Part shown: in pieces, positions 52,590 through 62,504 of the stretch
How positions within the stretch are numbered: position 1 is the first letter of the stretch
Layout: every line of letters starts with the position of its first letter
Virus record (IMG/VR): IMGVR_UViG_3300034053_000029
Span: 64,001 to 128,000 of that record
Source: a virus
Taxonomy: Duplodnaviria > Caudoviricetes
DNA: 64,000 nucleotides
Direction: 5' to 3' (one strand)
Notes under the pieces: generated by a model
The model's input: only the letters and a program-made list of their open reading frames with translations
What the model was told of the DNA's origin: nothing
The model's database searches: none
Position numbers and translations under genes: made by a program

Positions 52590-54665
52590 TTAAACTCCAG
52601 TAGTAAGAAGGTAGGACTTCAAAAGATCATCAGGAACATCGTTTACTTCAAGATACTTAACCAACGGATACGCATTATATACCTTTTCTTCGATTGAAGC
52701 AAGAGTCATGAACTCGCTAGGTTCAACAATTTTCTGCTTCAGCAACTCGGCAAGCTCAGTCAGTTTTTCGTACTCAGCAGAACTCTTATAAGAATTCTTA
52801 TACTCATCAATAAGTTTCTGCCACATCTTAGACATTTCATTCCAAACAGAATCTGAATCGGTAGTAACGCCTTTCTTCATTAAACAGTTGAAATCGTTCC
52901 AATTCGATGCCGCCTTGATCGATTCTTGAGATATAACATGAGCATCAATGAAGGCAACCGTATTCTTTTCGTTGAAATCTTGTTTTGCGAACTCAACAAT
53001 CTCGATACACTCATCTGGAATTTCCGTACCAGTTTTCAAACCAATCAAAACAACATTCCTCGATTGCTTATAGAAACGAACAAGAGGCAGTTGAGCTTCA
53101 AGGATGGAATCGAAAGAGAACGAACTATCAAAGTGGAAGGCAACCAAATCCTTATCAGAATTTTCCAAAAGGTCTTGTGCTTCATCCTCGGTATAACGGA
53201 TAAATGAATTTGAACGAATCTTCCAAAGACCAGACTTTTTAACAACATCATCCTTGTTGCGCTCTCGCTTTATTGGTTCGGCAAGATCGGATGCCTTAGT
53301 GACAAACTGTTGCAATTCAGACGGGATAACGAAAGACTGAGGGACAATCATCGTGGTGTAACCAACGCACCATGAACGAACCCTTGACTTAGTATTCTTG
53401 ACATCATCAACAACAATCTTGATCGTATCAAGATCACTGATACGCAGGTTAAGGTTCTTGGTATTGTCCTTATGATTTGTTTCTTCAGTAATTTTGTGAG
53501 TCTTGAAGCAGGTGAAATTCGGCTTGAGTTGAGAAATCTTTGCCGTACCATCAAACACACTAATGCCGTCTGTATTGACGTTTGACAACGTGTAGATATG
53601 CAGATTGCGTTCTGTAATCGTACCAAACGTAGCACACTTCACAAACGGAATGATCTTTGATGGAGAATTAACAAAGATTTCCCTACCGACCTTTGCGACG
53701 TTTTTATAAAAGTCTAGCTTATCGATGGACGATGCAACTTGAGCATCAACCCAATTCATAAACTCATCACGCATAACTTGCAAACGGTCTTTGATGTTCT
53801 GAATCGTGTACTTCGTATATTGAAGTTGCTCACGAGATAGTGACGTTTCCAAAGTTCCAACAGGGAAATCAAGTTCCATGTCGAAGTTGAGCATATTCAT
53901 AAGCTCAGGGGTAAGTGCCTCTTCCATCGTGCGCTTATCAACTTCGTAACCACGTTGTGTAGTTACAAAAATTGCCTTGGAGTAGTAACCACCACCATTC
54001 TTGATTCTCCAACCATTACCAGATACAACAAACTTTGGGGTGTCGAAGTGTACGGTATGACGTTGAATATTAGGACGCACTTTGTAGTGCTTAAACACTT
54101 CAGCAACTTCGGACTTCCATGAGTACGAATTACTAGCACTCACCGGAATGATTACCTCAATGCCAGATTCTTCATCGGTATCTTGTGAGCGAATCTTAGT
54201 AAGTGAAGGAACTCCACGCCCATCGATGAACACAAGGTACTCTGAGCATACACCTTCAAAACGAGAAATTACCGTCCATGTGCTAGTAACAGCAGCAGGT
54301 GACTTGCTACCGATACCATAGGCACCGATAAACTCATTAGAATCAGTCTTGGTGGATTCACCGTAGGTAGTGAGAAGATTGTATACCGCATCTTCACTCA
54401 AGCCTGGGCCATAATCACGAAAACGGATGTTGTTATCCATGTTCGTTGGCATATACAAGTCCCAAGGACGATCTTGATTACCATTCAATACATGGGCATC
54501 ATTACAATTGGCACCAATCTCATACAGGACGGCACGTTGCTTGTTAGAATACAGAGAAGTAGACAACATAGCAAACAGCTTGCTGCTGTTGCTAGAGATA
54601 CCAAATTCCTTTGCACCAGAAATGTTGGTAAGAGTTCCACTTGCTGCTGCGCCATTGAGTTGCAT
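52590..54665 (-). CDS. rIIA: rIIA protein (GHKL-like N-terminus)
   Basis: LYSNKQRAVLYE..NCNDAH; RDYGPGL; YGESTK; GAYGIGSKSP. Confidence 0.93.
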   Translation of the reverse strand: MQLNGAAASGTLTNISGAKEFGISSNSSKLFAMLSTSLYSNKQRAVLYEIGANCNDAHVLNGNQDRPWDLYMPTNMDNNIRFRDYGPGLSEDAVYNLLTTYGESTKTDSNEFIGAYGIGSKSPAAVTSTWTVISRFEGVCSEYLVFIDGRGVPSLTKIRSQDTDEESGIEVIIPVSASNSYSWKSEVAEVFKHYKVRPNIQRHTVHFDTPKFVVSGNGWRIKNGGGYYSKAIFVTTQRGYEVDKRTMEEALTPELMNMLNFDMELDFPVGTLETSLSREQLQYTKYTIQNIKDRLQVMRDEFMNWVDAQVASSIDKLDFYKNVAKVGREIFVNSPSKIIPFVKCATFGTITERNLHIYTLSNVNTDGISVFDGTAKISQLKPNFTCFKTHKITEETNHKDNTKNLNLRISDLDTIKIVVDDVKNTKSRVRSWCVGYTTMIVPQSFVIPSELQQFVTKASDLAEPIKRERNKDDVVKKSGLWKIRSNSFIRYTEDEAQDLLENSDKDLVAFHFDSSFSFDSILEAQLPLVRFYKQSRNVVLIGLKTGTEIPDECIEIVEFAKQDFNEKNTVAFIDAHVISQESIKAASNWNDFNCLMKKGVTTDSDSVWNEMSKMWQKLIDEYKNSYKSSAEYEKLTELAELLKQKIVEPSEFMTLASIEEKVYNAYPLVKYLEVNDVPDDLLKSYLLTTGV

Positions 54666-54668
54666 GAT

Positions 54669-54890
54669 TTAGCCTTTACGATAGAGATTAAAATTTACAC
54701 CAGACCAAACTTGTTGAACTTGCTCAAGTTCGTCCGACACAACGAATTCTACTCGCTTCTTTTTTGTCTGTCCATCGATATTTTCAAGTGTCTGATTCTT
54801 TTCATCTTTTCCGTAGCTTCCTCGAACTAGGACGGCATTCGGATTGTTGAATTGGAGAGACTTGCGCTCTTGTAGTGTAGTTAGCCACAT
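54669..54890 (-). CDS. Hypothetical protein
   Basis: AGGAG SD; extended -10 TGTTATAAT upstream. Confidence 0.6.
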   Translation of the reverse strand: MWLTTLQERKSLQFNNPNAVLVRGSYGKDEKNQTLENIDGQTKKKRVEFVVSDELEQVQQVWSGVNFNLYRKG

Positions 54891-54954
54891 AATTGAACTC
54901 CTGTAGGGTTAATGGAGTCCGAATTATAACACAATCAAACGACCATTGGCTAAG

Positions 54955-56658
54955 TCATTGAATCGTTGTGAAATTGTTCTTCTTAACTAACTTTAACGTC
55001 TGATCGAACTTATCTGCAATGTTCTCTCTATGTGAGACAACAAACACATTATTGTTCTTCATAGCCTTCAAAAGCTCAATCGTCAAGTCCATTCCATTAC
55101 CGTCCATCGAACTATCGACAATTTCATCTAAGATGATTAGATTAGTATTAATGGAATTTTTCATCGTAGCAATTGTTCTCCAACAGAAGATCAATGCCAT
55201 ATCGATTCTCTGACGCTCCCCTTGACTAAAGGAATCGTATGTGAATGTATCACGATGCCTAGACTTAATGACTTCGTTGAAATTTTCATCAAGGTTGAAG
55301 TTGACGAACAATTCCAATTTGGACAAATGTTGGTTCACCATTTTGTTTATTGTTGGGACATATTGCTTAACGATCTTTGATTTTATTCCGCTGTCATGAA
55401 GGAACCCTTGGGCAACCGATTGTAATTCTTGTTGCTCTAAAAGTTCTTTCTTTTGTTTATCTAGCTGAACAATTTTCTTAGCCAAATCTTTTAGCTTTGA
55501 TTTGTCTGGTGGATTTTGAATCTCATCTTCAAGTGCCTCTAGTTGAGAATTCACCTTCTTCAAAAGAAGATTGTTCCCATAAAATTGTTCGTTCAATGTT
55601 CTCATCGATTCGTTACATGAGGTTAACGATGATCTAGTATTATCATATCCTGAGATACTTACTTTCAACGCATCTTCCTTGTAAACCAAATCGTCCAATT
55701 GTTGTTGTAATTTTAATATGCTAGATGAAAGATTCTGTCTAGCAATATCCTTAAACTCTTTTGGTAGCTTTTGATTACATGATGAACATTCATTAACATT
55801 ATCGATATCGTCCAAATCGGACTGAACTGATGATATTTTTGATATGATTGCCTTCTTTTTGGATGTCAATCCAGATAAAGATTCTTCTAACTCAGACAAC
55901 TCATGCAATCTGGTTGTAAGTTTTTCATGATCTGCATCTAGTTTAGATAACTCGTCTTTAATCCTCAATGTATCGGCATTGATTCTAGACTTTTCATCCA
56001 ACAATATTGTTTTGTTTTCTTCTGTTGAAGAAGATTTCTCTTTAATTTGATTCGATATTAATTTGGCAACCTCCTTCTTCGCAGCTAACTCAACATCAAC
56101 TATTTTCAACGTATCTTTCGTTGTTTTGATTTGACTAGATAGCATTTTATTCATAGCGGAAAACACACGAATATCCAACAAATCTTCGATGAACTCTCGC
56201 CTATGTGCAGAATCTAGTTTCATGAATGGAATATATGCAGCACTACCCATAACAACAACTTGGGTGAATGCTCTATAATTCATTTTCAATATTTGCTGCT
56301 CCAATACCTTTTGATAATCCTTAACATTTGGGTCTTGGTTTATCAGATCGCCATTTTGATAAATCTCAAACGTGTTTGGCTTTATCCCTCTAATCACCTT
56401 ATACTCAGTCTTACCAATCGAAAACTCAACAGTAGAAGAACACTTTTTTTGGTTTATGGAGTTGACTAATTGTGGTTTTGTAATTTTCCTATACGCCTTA
56501 CCAAAAAGACAAAAGCATAATCCATCAAGCATAACACTTTTACCAGTACCATTTGGTGCGGTTATAAGGGTAGTATTAGCTTTATTCAAATGAATGGTGA
56601 CTGCAGAATTTCCAATAGACATAAAATTCTGCAGAGTAATCGATTTAAATATAATCAT
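54955..56658 (-). CDS. 46: Recombination endonuclease ATPase subunit (gp46, SbcC-like)
   Basis: PNGTGKS; coiled coil with CSSC hook; FSQGE; LDE; SH. Confidence 0.95.
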   Translation of the reverse strand: MIIFKSITLQNFMSIGNSAVTIHLNKANTTLITAPNGTGKSVMLDGLCFCLFGKAYRKITKPQLVNSINQKKCSSTVEFSIGKTEYKVIRGIKPNTFEIYQNGDLINQDPNVKDYQKVLEQQILKMNYRAFTQVVVMGSAAYIPFMKLDSAHRREFIEDLLDIRVFSAMNKMLSSQIKTTKDTLKIVDVELAAKKEVAKLISNQIKEKSSSTEENKTILLDEKSRINADTLRIKDELSKLDADHEKLTTRLHELSELEESLSGLTSKKKAIISKISSVQSDLDDIDNVNECSSCNQKLPKEFKDIARQNLSSSILKLQQQLDDLVYKEDALKVSISGYDNTRSSLTSCNESMRTLNEQFYGNNLLLKKVNSQLEALEDEIQNPPDKSKLKDLAKKIVQLDKQKKELLEQQELQSVAQGFLHDSGIKSKIVKQYVPTINKMVNQHLSKLELFVNFNLDENFNEVIKSRHRDTFTYDSFSQGERQRIDMALIFCWRTIATMKNSINTNLIILDEIVDSSMDGNGMDLTIELLKAMKNNNVFVVSHRENIADKFDQTLKLVKKNNFTTIQ

Positions 56659-57713
56659 TCAAGGGTACTCATAGCCTCTAGGTATAGGGATTTCATCATA
56701 GATTTTAATTTAGGTTTGTCTGCGTCAATGTTCGCCTGATCAATATATGACTCAACCAATGAGAGGGAATCCTCAGTAGCTATGTCATCGTCATCCACAT
56801 AAATGTCACAAAACTCTTCTACTATCTTAAAATCTGCTGCACCACAATTATATAACAGGTCAACCAACAAATCAAACTGGTATGGGTCGGTTTTCTTAAC
56901 AACTACCAACTTGACATATTTTCCTTCTAAGCCAGAAGTATCAAATGTCTTCCAGTATGAAGTGCCTTGGTTTTCGTCATTCCACTCAATTTTATGAAAC
57001 AATGAATACTCATTTCGAATAAATCGTTTAGAATGAGAAACAGTGTCTAGAATGAGAAACCCTTTTTTATCGTCGTAGTCTGCCCATGTAAACTCGAAAG
57101 GACTTCCGGTGTAGTAAATGTTGTCGGAATGTGACCTATGATGATAGTGCCCACTATACACCATTCTAAACGATTTGAATATGTCTTTACTCATTCCTTC
57201 GGTTGCTGTATGACCAACGTACATGTCAAATCCGACAAGTTCAAGATGCCCAAAACAAATTGAATCTTTGCTCGACTTAATGAACTCGGAAACATCAGCT
57301 TCATTATCTTGACATATCCAAGGAATGAATGAGAAAGAATTTTCTCCCAAAATGCTTGTTTTGGGAGTGTCATATATTACGATATTGTCATAATGACTTA
57401 GGAATAAGTCAATGGTGTTTGCTTTCAACGTATGCTTAAACGGACAATCGTGGTTTCCTACCAAAACGTGCATTTTGATTCCACTAGCAAGAAGTGGGTC
57501 AAAGAACTTCTCTTTCCATACGTCCAGAGTTTTATGGTTGGTGTATTGTCTCCTATCGAACAAATCACCAAGACAAACAAAGTCGGTTATGTTATGGTTC
57601 AACAGATATGGGATAAATTGGTCGTTGAGGAATTTCAACTGATAATTCATTAAATGAATCGAATCGTTCCTGCCCCCAACGTGAAAATCACCGATTACTC
57701 CCACTTTAGACAT
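56655..57713 (-). CDS. 47: Recombination endonuclease subunit (gp47, SbcD-like)
   Basis: GDFH; GDLFD; GNHD; GHL; SGHYH. Confidence 0.95.
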   Translation of the reverse strand: MSKVGVIGDFHVGGRNDSIHLMNYQLKFLNDQFIPYLLNHNITDFVCLGDLFDRRQYTNHKTLDVWKEKFFDPLLASGIKMHVLVGNHDCPFKHTLKANTIDLFLSHYDNIVIYDTPKTSILGENSFSFIPWICQDNEADVSEFIKSSKDSICFGHLELVGFDMYVGHTATEGMSKDIFKSFRMVYSGHYHHRSHSDNIYYTGSPFEFTWADYDDKKGFLILDTVSHSKRFIRNEYSLFHKIEWNDENQGTSYWKTFDTSGLEGKYVKLVVVKKTDPYQFDLLVDLLYNCGAADFKIVEEFCDIYVDDDDIATEDSLSLVESYIDQANIDADKPKLKSMMKSLYLEAMSTLE

Positions 57714-57724
57714 ATATTAATTCC

Positions 57725-57805
57725 TATAAATAATAATGCTAGTCACGATGTAATCAGCATCTACTAGCTCTAATCATTCTACCATCAACTCTAAGGAGAG
57801 TCAAT
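57725..57805 (+). promoter_or_regulatory. Late promoter plus conserved structured leader, copy 3
   Basis: TATAAATA; GCTAGT-CAC-GATG-loop-CATC-T-ACTAGC; CTAATCATTCTA; AAGGAG. Confidence 0.78.
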
Positions 57806-58468
57806 ATGACCAGCACTAATATTTATTACGTTTACGCATACATTAGAGCAAAAGATAGTCCAATCGCAAAAGCAGGAACCCCATACTACATTGGAAAAGG
57901 TTGTGGCAAACGAGCATACGTTAAACACAAAAACGGAACCACAACTCCATCAGATAAATCTAAGATTGTTATTTTAGAATCAAATTTGACTGAAATTGGG
58001 GCATTGGCATTAGAACGTCGGATGATTGCTTGGTGGGGAAAGAAAAATGATAAAACAGGAATTCTACACAATAAATCAGATGGTGGAGAAGGTACATCTG
58101 GATTCTCTTACAAGAGATCGGACGAAACAAAAAATAAATTATCAGAAATAAAAAGAACAGATAAGTATATAAAAATAGCAATAAATAATCTTCCTAAAAA
58201 TATCTGTGGTGAGAATAATGGAATGTATGGTAAAAATCATACAGAAAAATCTAGAAATCAGATGAAGTTAACAAGATCGGTAAGAAACAAAGCTAATGAT
58301 TTGAAATCGTATTCCAGAGTCAAATCATTAGAAGAAATTAATAAAATTAAAGCGTCAAGAAAACCATTCAACCGAGTTACACGAATCTTTGATAGAAAAG
58401 AAATGGATATAGGAAATTTTGCTAAATGGGTTAAATTAATTACTCAAAGAACTTCTCCAGACCTATAG
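57806..58468 (+). CDS. GIY-YIG homing endonuclease
   Basis: YYVYAY...PYYIGKG; ALERRMI; LHNKSDGGEG; NGMYGKNHTE. Confidence 0.85.
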   Translation: MTSTNIYYVYAYIRAKDSPIAKAGTPYYIGKGCGKRAYVKHKNGTTTPSDKSKIVILESNLTEIGALALERRMIAWWGKKNDKTGILHNKSDGGEGTSGFSYKRSDETKNKLSEIKRTDKYIKIAINNLPKNICGENNGMYGKNHTEKSRNQMKLTRSVRNKANDLKSYSRVKSLEEINKIKASRKPFNRVTRIFDRKEMDIGNFAKWVKLITQRTSPDL

Positions 58469-58961
58469 GTTGTTTTGGTTTGTTTGTGGTATCATCATGT
58501 AGGAACTTGTTATCCTGAAGGTAATCCATTATGTGATGTGAGTAAGGAATTCCATCTTCGTCATGATCTTGAATGGCGAATAAATCTTCTAGAGGCATTT
58601 CTCTAATCAACGATCCCTTAATCTTTTGTTGCTTCTCTTCAACTTGAATTCGTCTAATGAATGCATTCCACATGATTTGGGTAATGTATGCAAATGGGTT
58701 GCTTGACTTATCAGGATCAAAATTGTCAACGACTTTGAGTCCATTCTCAATTGCGTCACCAATCATTTCATCTTTAAAAGTGTAGTTGATAAAATTAGGA
58801 CGATAACTAAGTCTCCTTGCAATTTCCATCAAGACAAACCCCAAGTAATCATCTATCTGTTCTGGCTCTTCGCCATTCTCTTTTCTAATTCTATTTCTCT
58901 CTCTTCGCAAAATCAAATGATTCAGAAGGTCTTTATTGTTAACATAATTTTTAGTTGTCAT
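58440..58961 (-). CDS. 55: Late-transcription sigma factor (gp55)
   Basis: YVNNKDL; NFINYTFKDEMIGD; NPFAYITQI..NAFIRRI. Confidence 0.95.
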   Translation of the reverse strand: MTTKNYVNNKDLLNHLILRRERNRIRKENGEEPEQIDDYLGFVLMEIARRLSYRPNFINYTFKDEMIGDAIENGLKVVDNFDPDKSSNPFAYITQIMWNAFIRRIQVEEKQQKIKGSLIREMPLEDLFAIQDHDEDGIPYSHHIMDYLQDNKFLHDDTTNKPKQPIGLEKFFE

Positions 58962-58973
58962 ATATCGAAATCC

Positions 58974-59465
58974 TCAGTGTAATGTTACGTTCTTTTTTAA
59001 TTTTATGTCATCATCAACTTTGTCCTCATCGGATGAAATAAATGTTTTCCTTAATATAGCATCATCTAACCCATACTTCTTAGAAGCAAGTGCTATAACC
59101 GACTCAATATCTTCTCTCATGGAATGGAATGCATCTTCAATGTCACCACCATTTCTTACCTTAATTGCATGTGTTCTTTGAATCTCGTCAATCAGGTATC
59201 TAAGGTTAGACATCCCATAAAATTTAGTGTAGTCATCTGATAATTTCCCAACATACATAACAACTTCGGTTGGAATATCGAATTCGTTGTCATCAGTGAA
59301 AGGTATCCACTTTGATAAGGATATTCCATCTGAATCATCATCAGACTTATACATTCTAACATTAAGAGGATTATGTATCCTTAGTAGATTATCGTCAATC
59401 TTAGCTAATTCGGCAAAAATATTCTCTCCAGATTTTAGCTTTATGCAGACAAATTTATTTTTCAA
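58974..59465 (-). CDS. T4-like conserved Sm-like protein
   Basis: IKLKSGENIFA...WIPFTD; lies between uvsW and 55. Confidence 0.75.
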   Translation of the reverse strand: MKNKFVCIKLKSGENIFAELAKIDDNLLRIHNPLNVRMYKSDDDSDGISLSKWIPFTDDNEFDIPTEVVMYVGKLSDDYTKFYGMSNLRYLIDEIQRTHAIKVRNGGDIEDAFHSMREDIESVIALASKKYGLDDAILRKTFISSDEDKVDDDIKLKKNVTLH

Positions 59466-60939
59466 GTTGAACCTCTACTAATTTATACTCAAAAGACTCG
59501 TTTGTATAAATTTGAAGTCTCTCGATAAAGTGATTGAAAGTATGATTTTTAGATTTTGTTGTGACTAACATATCCCCAATATCGTAAAGATCAACCTTGT
59601 GCTTTCCTTCTGCCTTTCGTAGTCCTCTACCCAAAGATTGGAGAACTCTGATTACGGACTTTGTTGGAGAAGAGAATATTATGTTATGCAATTTCTTTAG
59701 ATTCGTTCCGGTTCCCATTGTTCCAAAACTAGCCAAAATTATACAATCAGTCTCTTTCTCCATAATCTCTCTAACCGTTTCTCGATCTTCAGCATCCACC
59801 CCACCGTGGATGTAGAACACCTTCCTATCTCCTGCCTTTTCCTTAATCATTTCGTATAATATGTCACCATGTTTCTCAACGTAATTATATAGGATTAAAG
59901 TGTTGCCTGTCAACGATAAAGCAAGATTTCTGATAAATTTATTTCTTTTATTATGCGAGATCAAAAATGCAATTTCTTTTGCATATTGAGACTTCTTCAT
60001 GATCTCATTTGTATCTTTGGAGTAATTGAGTTTTATTGCCTTGATATGAATATCGGATAGATGTCCTTTTTCTATCAAATCTTTTGTGCTAGATACACGA
60101 ACGATCTTTCCAAACAAAGATTGAATCATTAGTTCATGTACCTTACTATCATCTAGTGATCCAGTTAGTCCGAATCTCATATCAGCATTCACACAGTTCT
60201 CAAGGATCGATCTAAGAACCGTTGCCTTACTTCCATGAACCTCATCAACGATGACACACGAGAACCTCTGAAACCACTCAGGATCGACGTTCATCAGTGA
60301 TTGCCAAGTCGATATCACTAAAGGTTTTGTGGAGGTCTTAGCGGCTCCAGAATGGATTTTGTGGGTGATCTTGTCTAGATTGAACGTAGTGTTTGATGCA
60401 TAGTCGATAAAGTCGCTCGACATTTGCTCGACCAATGATGTTGATGGGCAAATCAGTAAGACTGGTTTATTCCTAGAAAGTGCGTACATAACTAGAGTGT
60501 ATATGATCAACGACTTTCCACTTCCAGTTGAGCTTAGAATAACTCTTCTTTGATTCTTGATTCCCTCAATTGCGGCAGCATATTGGTAATCTTTTACCGT
60601 TAGCTTATTTCCATTGGAGTGTATATCTAACGAGTCAATAAACTTGATAATTTCGGCATCAGCTATATCTGTATTTGTTATTTTAGCTTCATACTCTAAC
60701 TCGTAATTATTATCAGCGCAAAACGTTTCGAGCTTATTCAGAATACCAATATGGAAAAGAGGTTTAATTGGATTAAATAAATGAATATATCCGGTCCAAC
60801 GTCCTTTCTTGAAAGATGGAGTGAACTGGTAATTTGGTACTCTAAATTTAAAATATTCATGAAGTTCATATCTAATGGACATATCACAATCCAATCGACA
60901 AAATACTTCATCATGATATTTGACAACAATCTTTTCCAC
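59455..60939 (-). CDS. uvsW: UvsW helicase
   Basis: STGSGKS; DEVH; GLTGS; QSLGRGLR. Confidence 0.95.
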   Translation of the reverse strand: MEKIVVKYHDEVFCRLDCDMSIRYELHEYFKFRVPNYQFTPSFKKGRWTGYIHLFNPIKPLFHIGILNKLETFCADNNYELEYEAKITNTDIADAEIIKFIDSLDIHSNGNKLTVKDYQYAAAIEGIKNQRRVILSSTGSGKSLIIYTLVMYALSRNKPVLLICPSTSLVEQMSSDFIDYASNTTFNLDKITHKIHSGAAKTSTKPLVISTWQSLMNVDPEWFQRFSCVIVDEVHGSKATVLRSILENCVNADMRFGLTGSLDDSKVHELMIQSLFGKIVRVSSTKDLIEKGHLSDIHIKAIKLNYSKDTNEIMKKSQYAKEIAFLISHNKRNKFIRNLALSLTGNTLILYNYVEKHGDILYEMIKEKAGDRKVFYIHGGVDAEDRETVREIMEKETDCIILASFGTMGTGTNLKKLHNIIFSSPTKSVIRVLQSLGRGLRKAEGKHKVDLYDIGDMLVTTKSKNHTFNHFIERLQIYTNESFEYKLVEVQLEK

Positions 60940-61394
60940 TAACCACCCATTATCAATTTGTTATATTCAATTAAACTCTTTATAGAGTAATCACGTTGAT
61001 GAATCTGCTTCATAATATATTCAAGACCGATAACCAGAGACTTGTAGAAATCAACTTTTATTTTCTCGTCGCATAGGATAGGGTCGATTTCGGTTGTGTT
61101 CATAAACTCAGAATGAGATTGCTTGAGTCCTTGGTACTGATCCCATCCGTACTCTTGGAGTTGCGATAGTGTCATTTCTCCACGATAATATGACTTCCTA
61201 AGATTCTTCATCTTGTTATATTTAGCCTCTGTTTGGGAGAGCTTAGACTTAGCTTTCATCAACAATTCCAAATACTTAGAGTGAAGATGTGACGTTTTAA
61301 CCAACTCCTTGCCGAGAGCAGTATCGTCAATTGGACTGTCTTTTTTCCATTCTTCGAGGATGTCTTCAGGTGTAAATTTCACAAAATTCTCCAT
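60939..61394 (-). CDS. uvsY: UvsY recombination mediator
   Basis: WKKDSPID...LHSKYL; start re-called at 61394, downstream of the promoter. Confidence 0.88.
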   Translation of the reverse strand: MENFVKFTPEDILEEWKKDSPIDDTALGKELVKTSHLHSKYLELLMKAKSKLSQTEAKYNKMKNLRKSYYRGEMTLSQLQEYGWDQYQGLKQSHSEFMNTTEIDPILCDEKIKVDFYKSLVIGLEYIMKQIHQRDYSIKSLIEYNKLIMGG

Positions 61395-61408
61395 AAAATC
61401 AAAAACTA

Positions 61409-61437
61409 ATGATATCACGGAATGAATATTTAGTCAA
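61409..61437 (-). promoter_or_regulatory. sigma70 promoter of uvsY
   Basis: TTGACT-N17-TATCAT with extended TG. Confidence 0.75.
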
Positions 61438-61483
61438 CTGTTGTAAATTTACTACACAATTGAAAATAAATGGTTCTAGGGTA

Positions 61484-61513
61484 TTGACAAGGAGTAAAAT
61501 CCAATGGTACTAT
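61484..61513 (+). promoter_or_regulatory. Divergent sigma70-type promoter with no plus-strand gene downstream
   Basis: TTGACA-N18-TACTAT. Confidence 0.5.
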
Positions 61514-61616
61514 ATATTTTCTCTTATATTATCTCTAGTAGTTTTCTAGTAATATCTCTAGAAAAAATATAAATGTATTATCTCTTATATTACTTCTAGA
61601 GTATTTCTTATATAGC
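61514..61616. repeat. AT-rich, G-poor tract with direct repeats (origin-like)
   Basis: TCTCTTATATTA at 61520 and 61581; four TCTAG. Confidence 0.5.
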
Positions 61617-61618
61617 AA

Positions 61619-62110
61619 TTACGGTGCCAGAATTTCATACCAATCAAAATTGAATGTGGCACTACAGGTCAGATAATTTACTTTGTCTTGGTTTGATCTA
61701 AATTGCATACCTGCTAATGATATTGGGAATGCATCAACAAATCTTACATATTTAACATCGTTGATAAACAATAATGCATCACCAACTTGATCTGCAATAT
61801 TTTGGGACTTAACTAATATATTCATCCAATTAAATATTTCAGTATGGTTTTTCATTCCTGCATCAACTAAGAAGTTAATTGAAAATGGTTTGAATATTAT
61901 CTTCTCTCCGACTTCTTGTAGGTCGAGTAATGGGTTTCTATATTGTGGAGTTTGAATATCTATCCCAGGAAAATCTACACCCTGTAAAAAGAACATCGTC
62001 ATAGGTATCTTTGCAAATTGCATCTTGAATGCGTGTTCTGGTAATCCATCAAATGATATTGGACTACCATCTATTGATAATAGATTACCTATTTCAGTGG
62101 TACATGTCAT
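61619..62110 (-). CDS. 3: Tail tube terminator (gp3-like)
   Basis: FFLQGVDFPGI; INFLVDAGMKN; FVDAFPISL; ATFNFDWY; position next to uvsY. Confidence 0.8.
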   Translation of the reverse strand: MTCTTEIGNLLSIDGSPISFDGLPEHAFKMQFAKIPMTMFFLQGVDFPGIDIQTPQYRNPLLDLQEVGEKIIFKPFSINFLVDAGMKNHTEIFNWMNILVKSQNIADQVGDALLFINDVKYVRFVDAFPISLAGMQFRSNQDKVNYLTCSATFNFDWYEILAP

Positions 62111-62466
62111 TTATCTTCACCTTCTTTTTTATCCTGTTTTGATTTTAAATAATTATTGAACATAAATGATCCACCTAAATAAGCTAACCATGCAGGGAAT
62201 AACATTGGTAAAATAGAATATGAAGTTTGAGTTTGAATAAGGAACACAATAGCCCAAGTTGATACGAATATTCCAATGAACTGACCAAATCTATTTAGTG
62301 ACAATTTTTTAGTACTTGAATCAAGCAACAAATCCGTAAGGTTTATTGGAGATTTCGTGTCATTATTATGAGCAATAATATACCAAAGAAATGCAATACC
62401 ACCTACAAGAAATAGGATGTTACTTAGTAGTGATGTGTTGCCCATAAGAGTAATAAACTCTGACAT
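62107..62466 (-). CDS. Holin-like membrane protein (three TM segments)
   Basis: Hydrophobic helices; charged C-terminus. Confidence 0.5.
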   Translation of the reverse strand: MSEFITLMGNTSLLSNILFLVGGIAFLWYIIAHNNDTKSPINLTDLLLDSSTKKLSLNRFGQFIGIFVSTWAIVFLIQTQTSYSILPMLFPAWLAYLGGSFMFNNYLKSKQDKKEGEDK

Positions 62467-62504
62467 ATTAATCCTTAATACAAAAATTTAAAGGAACAAC
62501 TTGA

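Noticed and set aside
30574-57642. Long plus-strand shadow ORFs (30574-31071, 32230-32667, 35014-35484, 36004-36495, 43611-44018 and others)
   Set aside because: Antisense to well-supported genes, with no SD, promoter or motifs
61394-61418. Track start of uvsY at 61418 (likewise 207, 2509, 4256, 7735, 21994)
   Set aside because: These upstream starts fall inside promoters, leaders or tRNAs; SD-supported downstream starts were used instead
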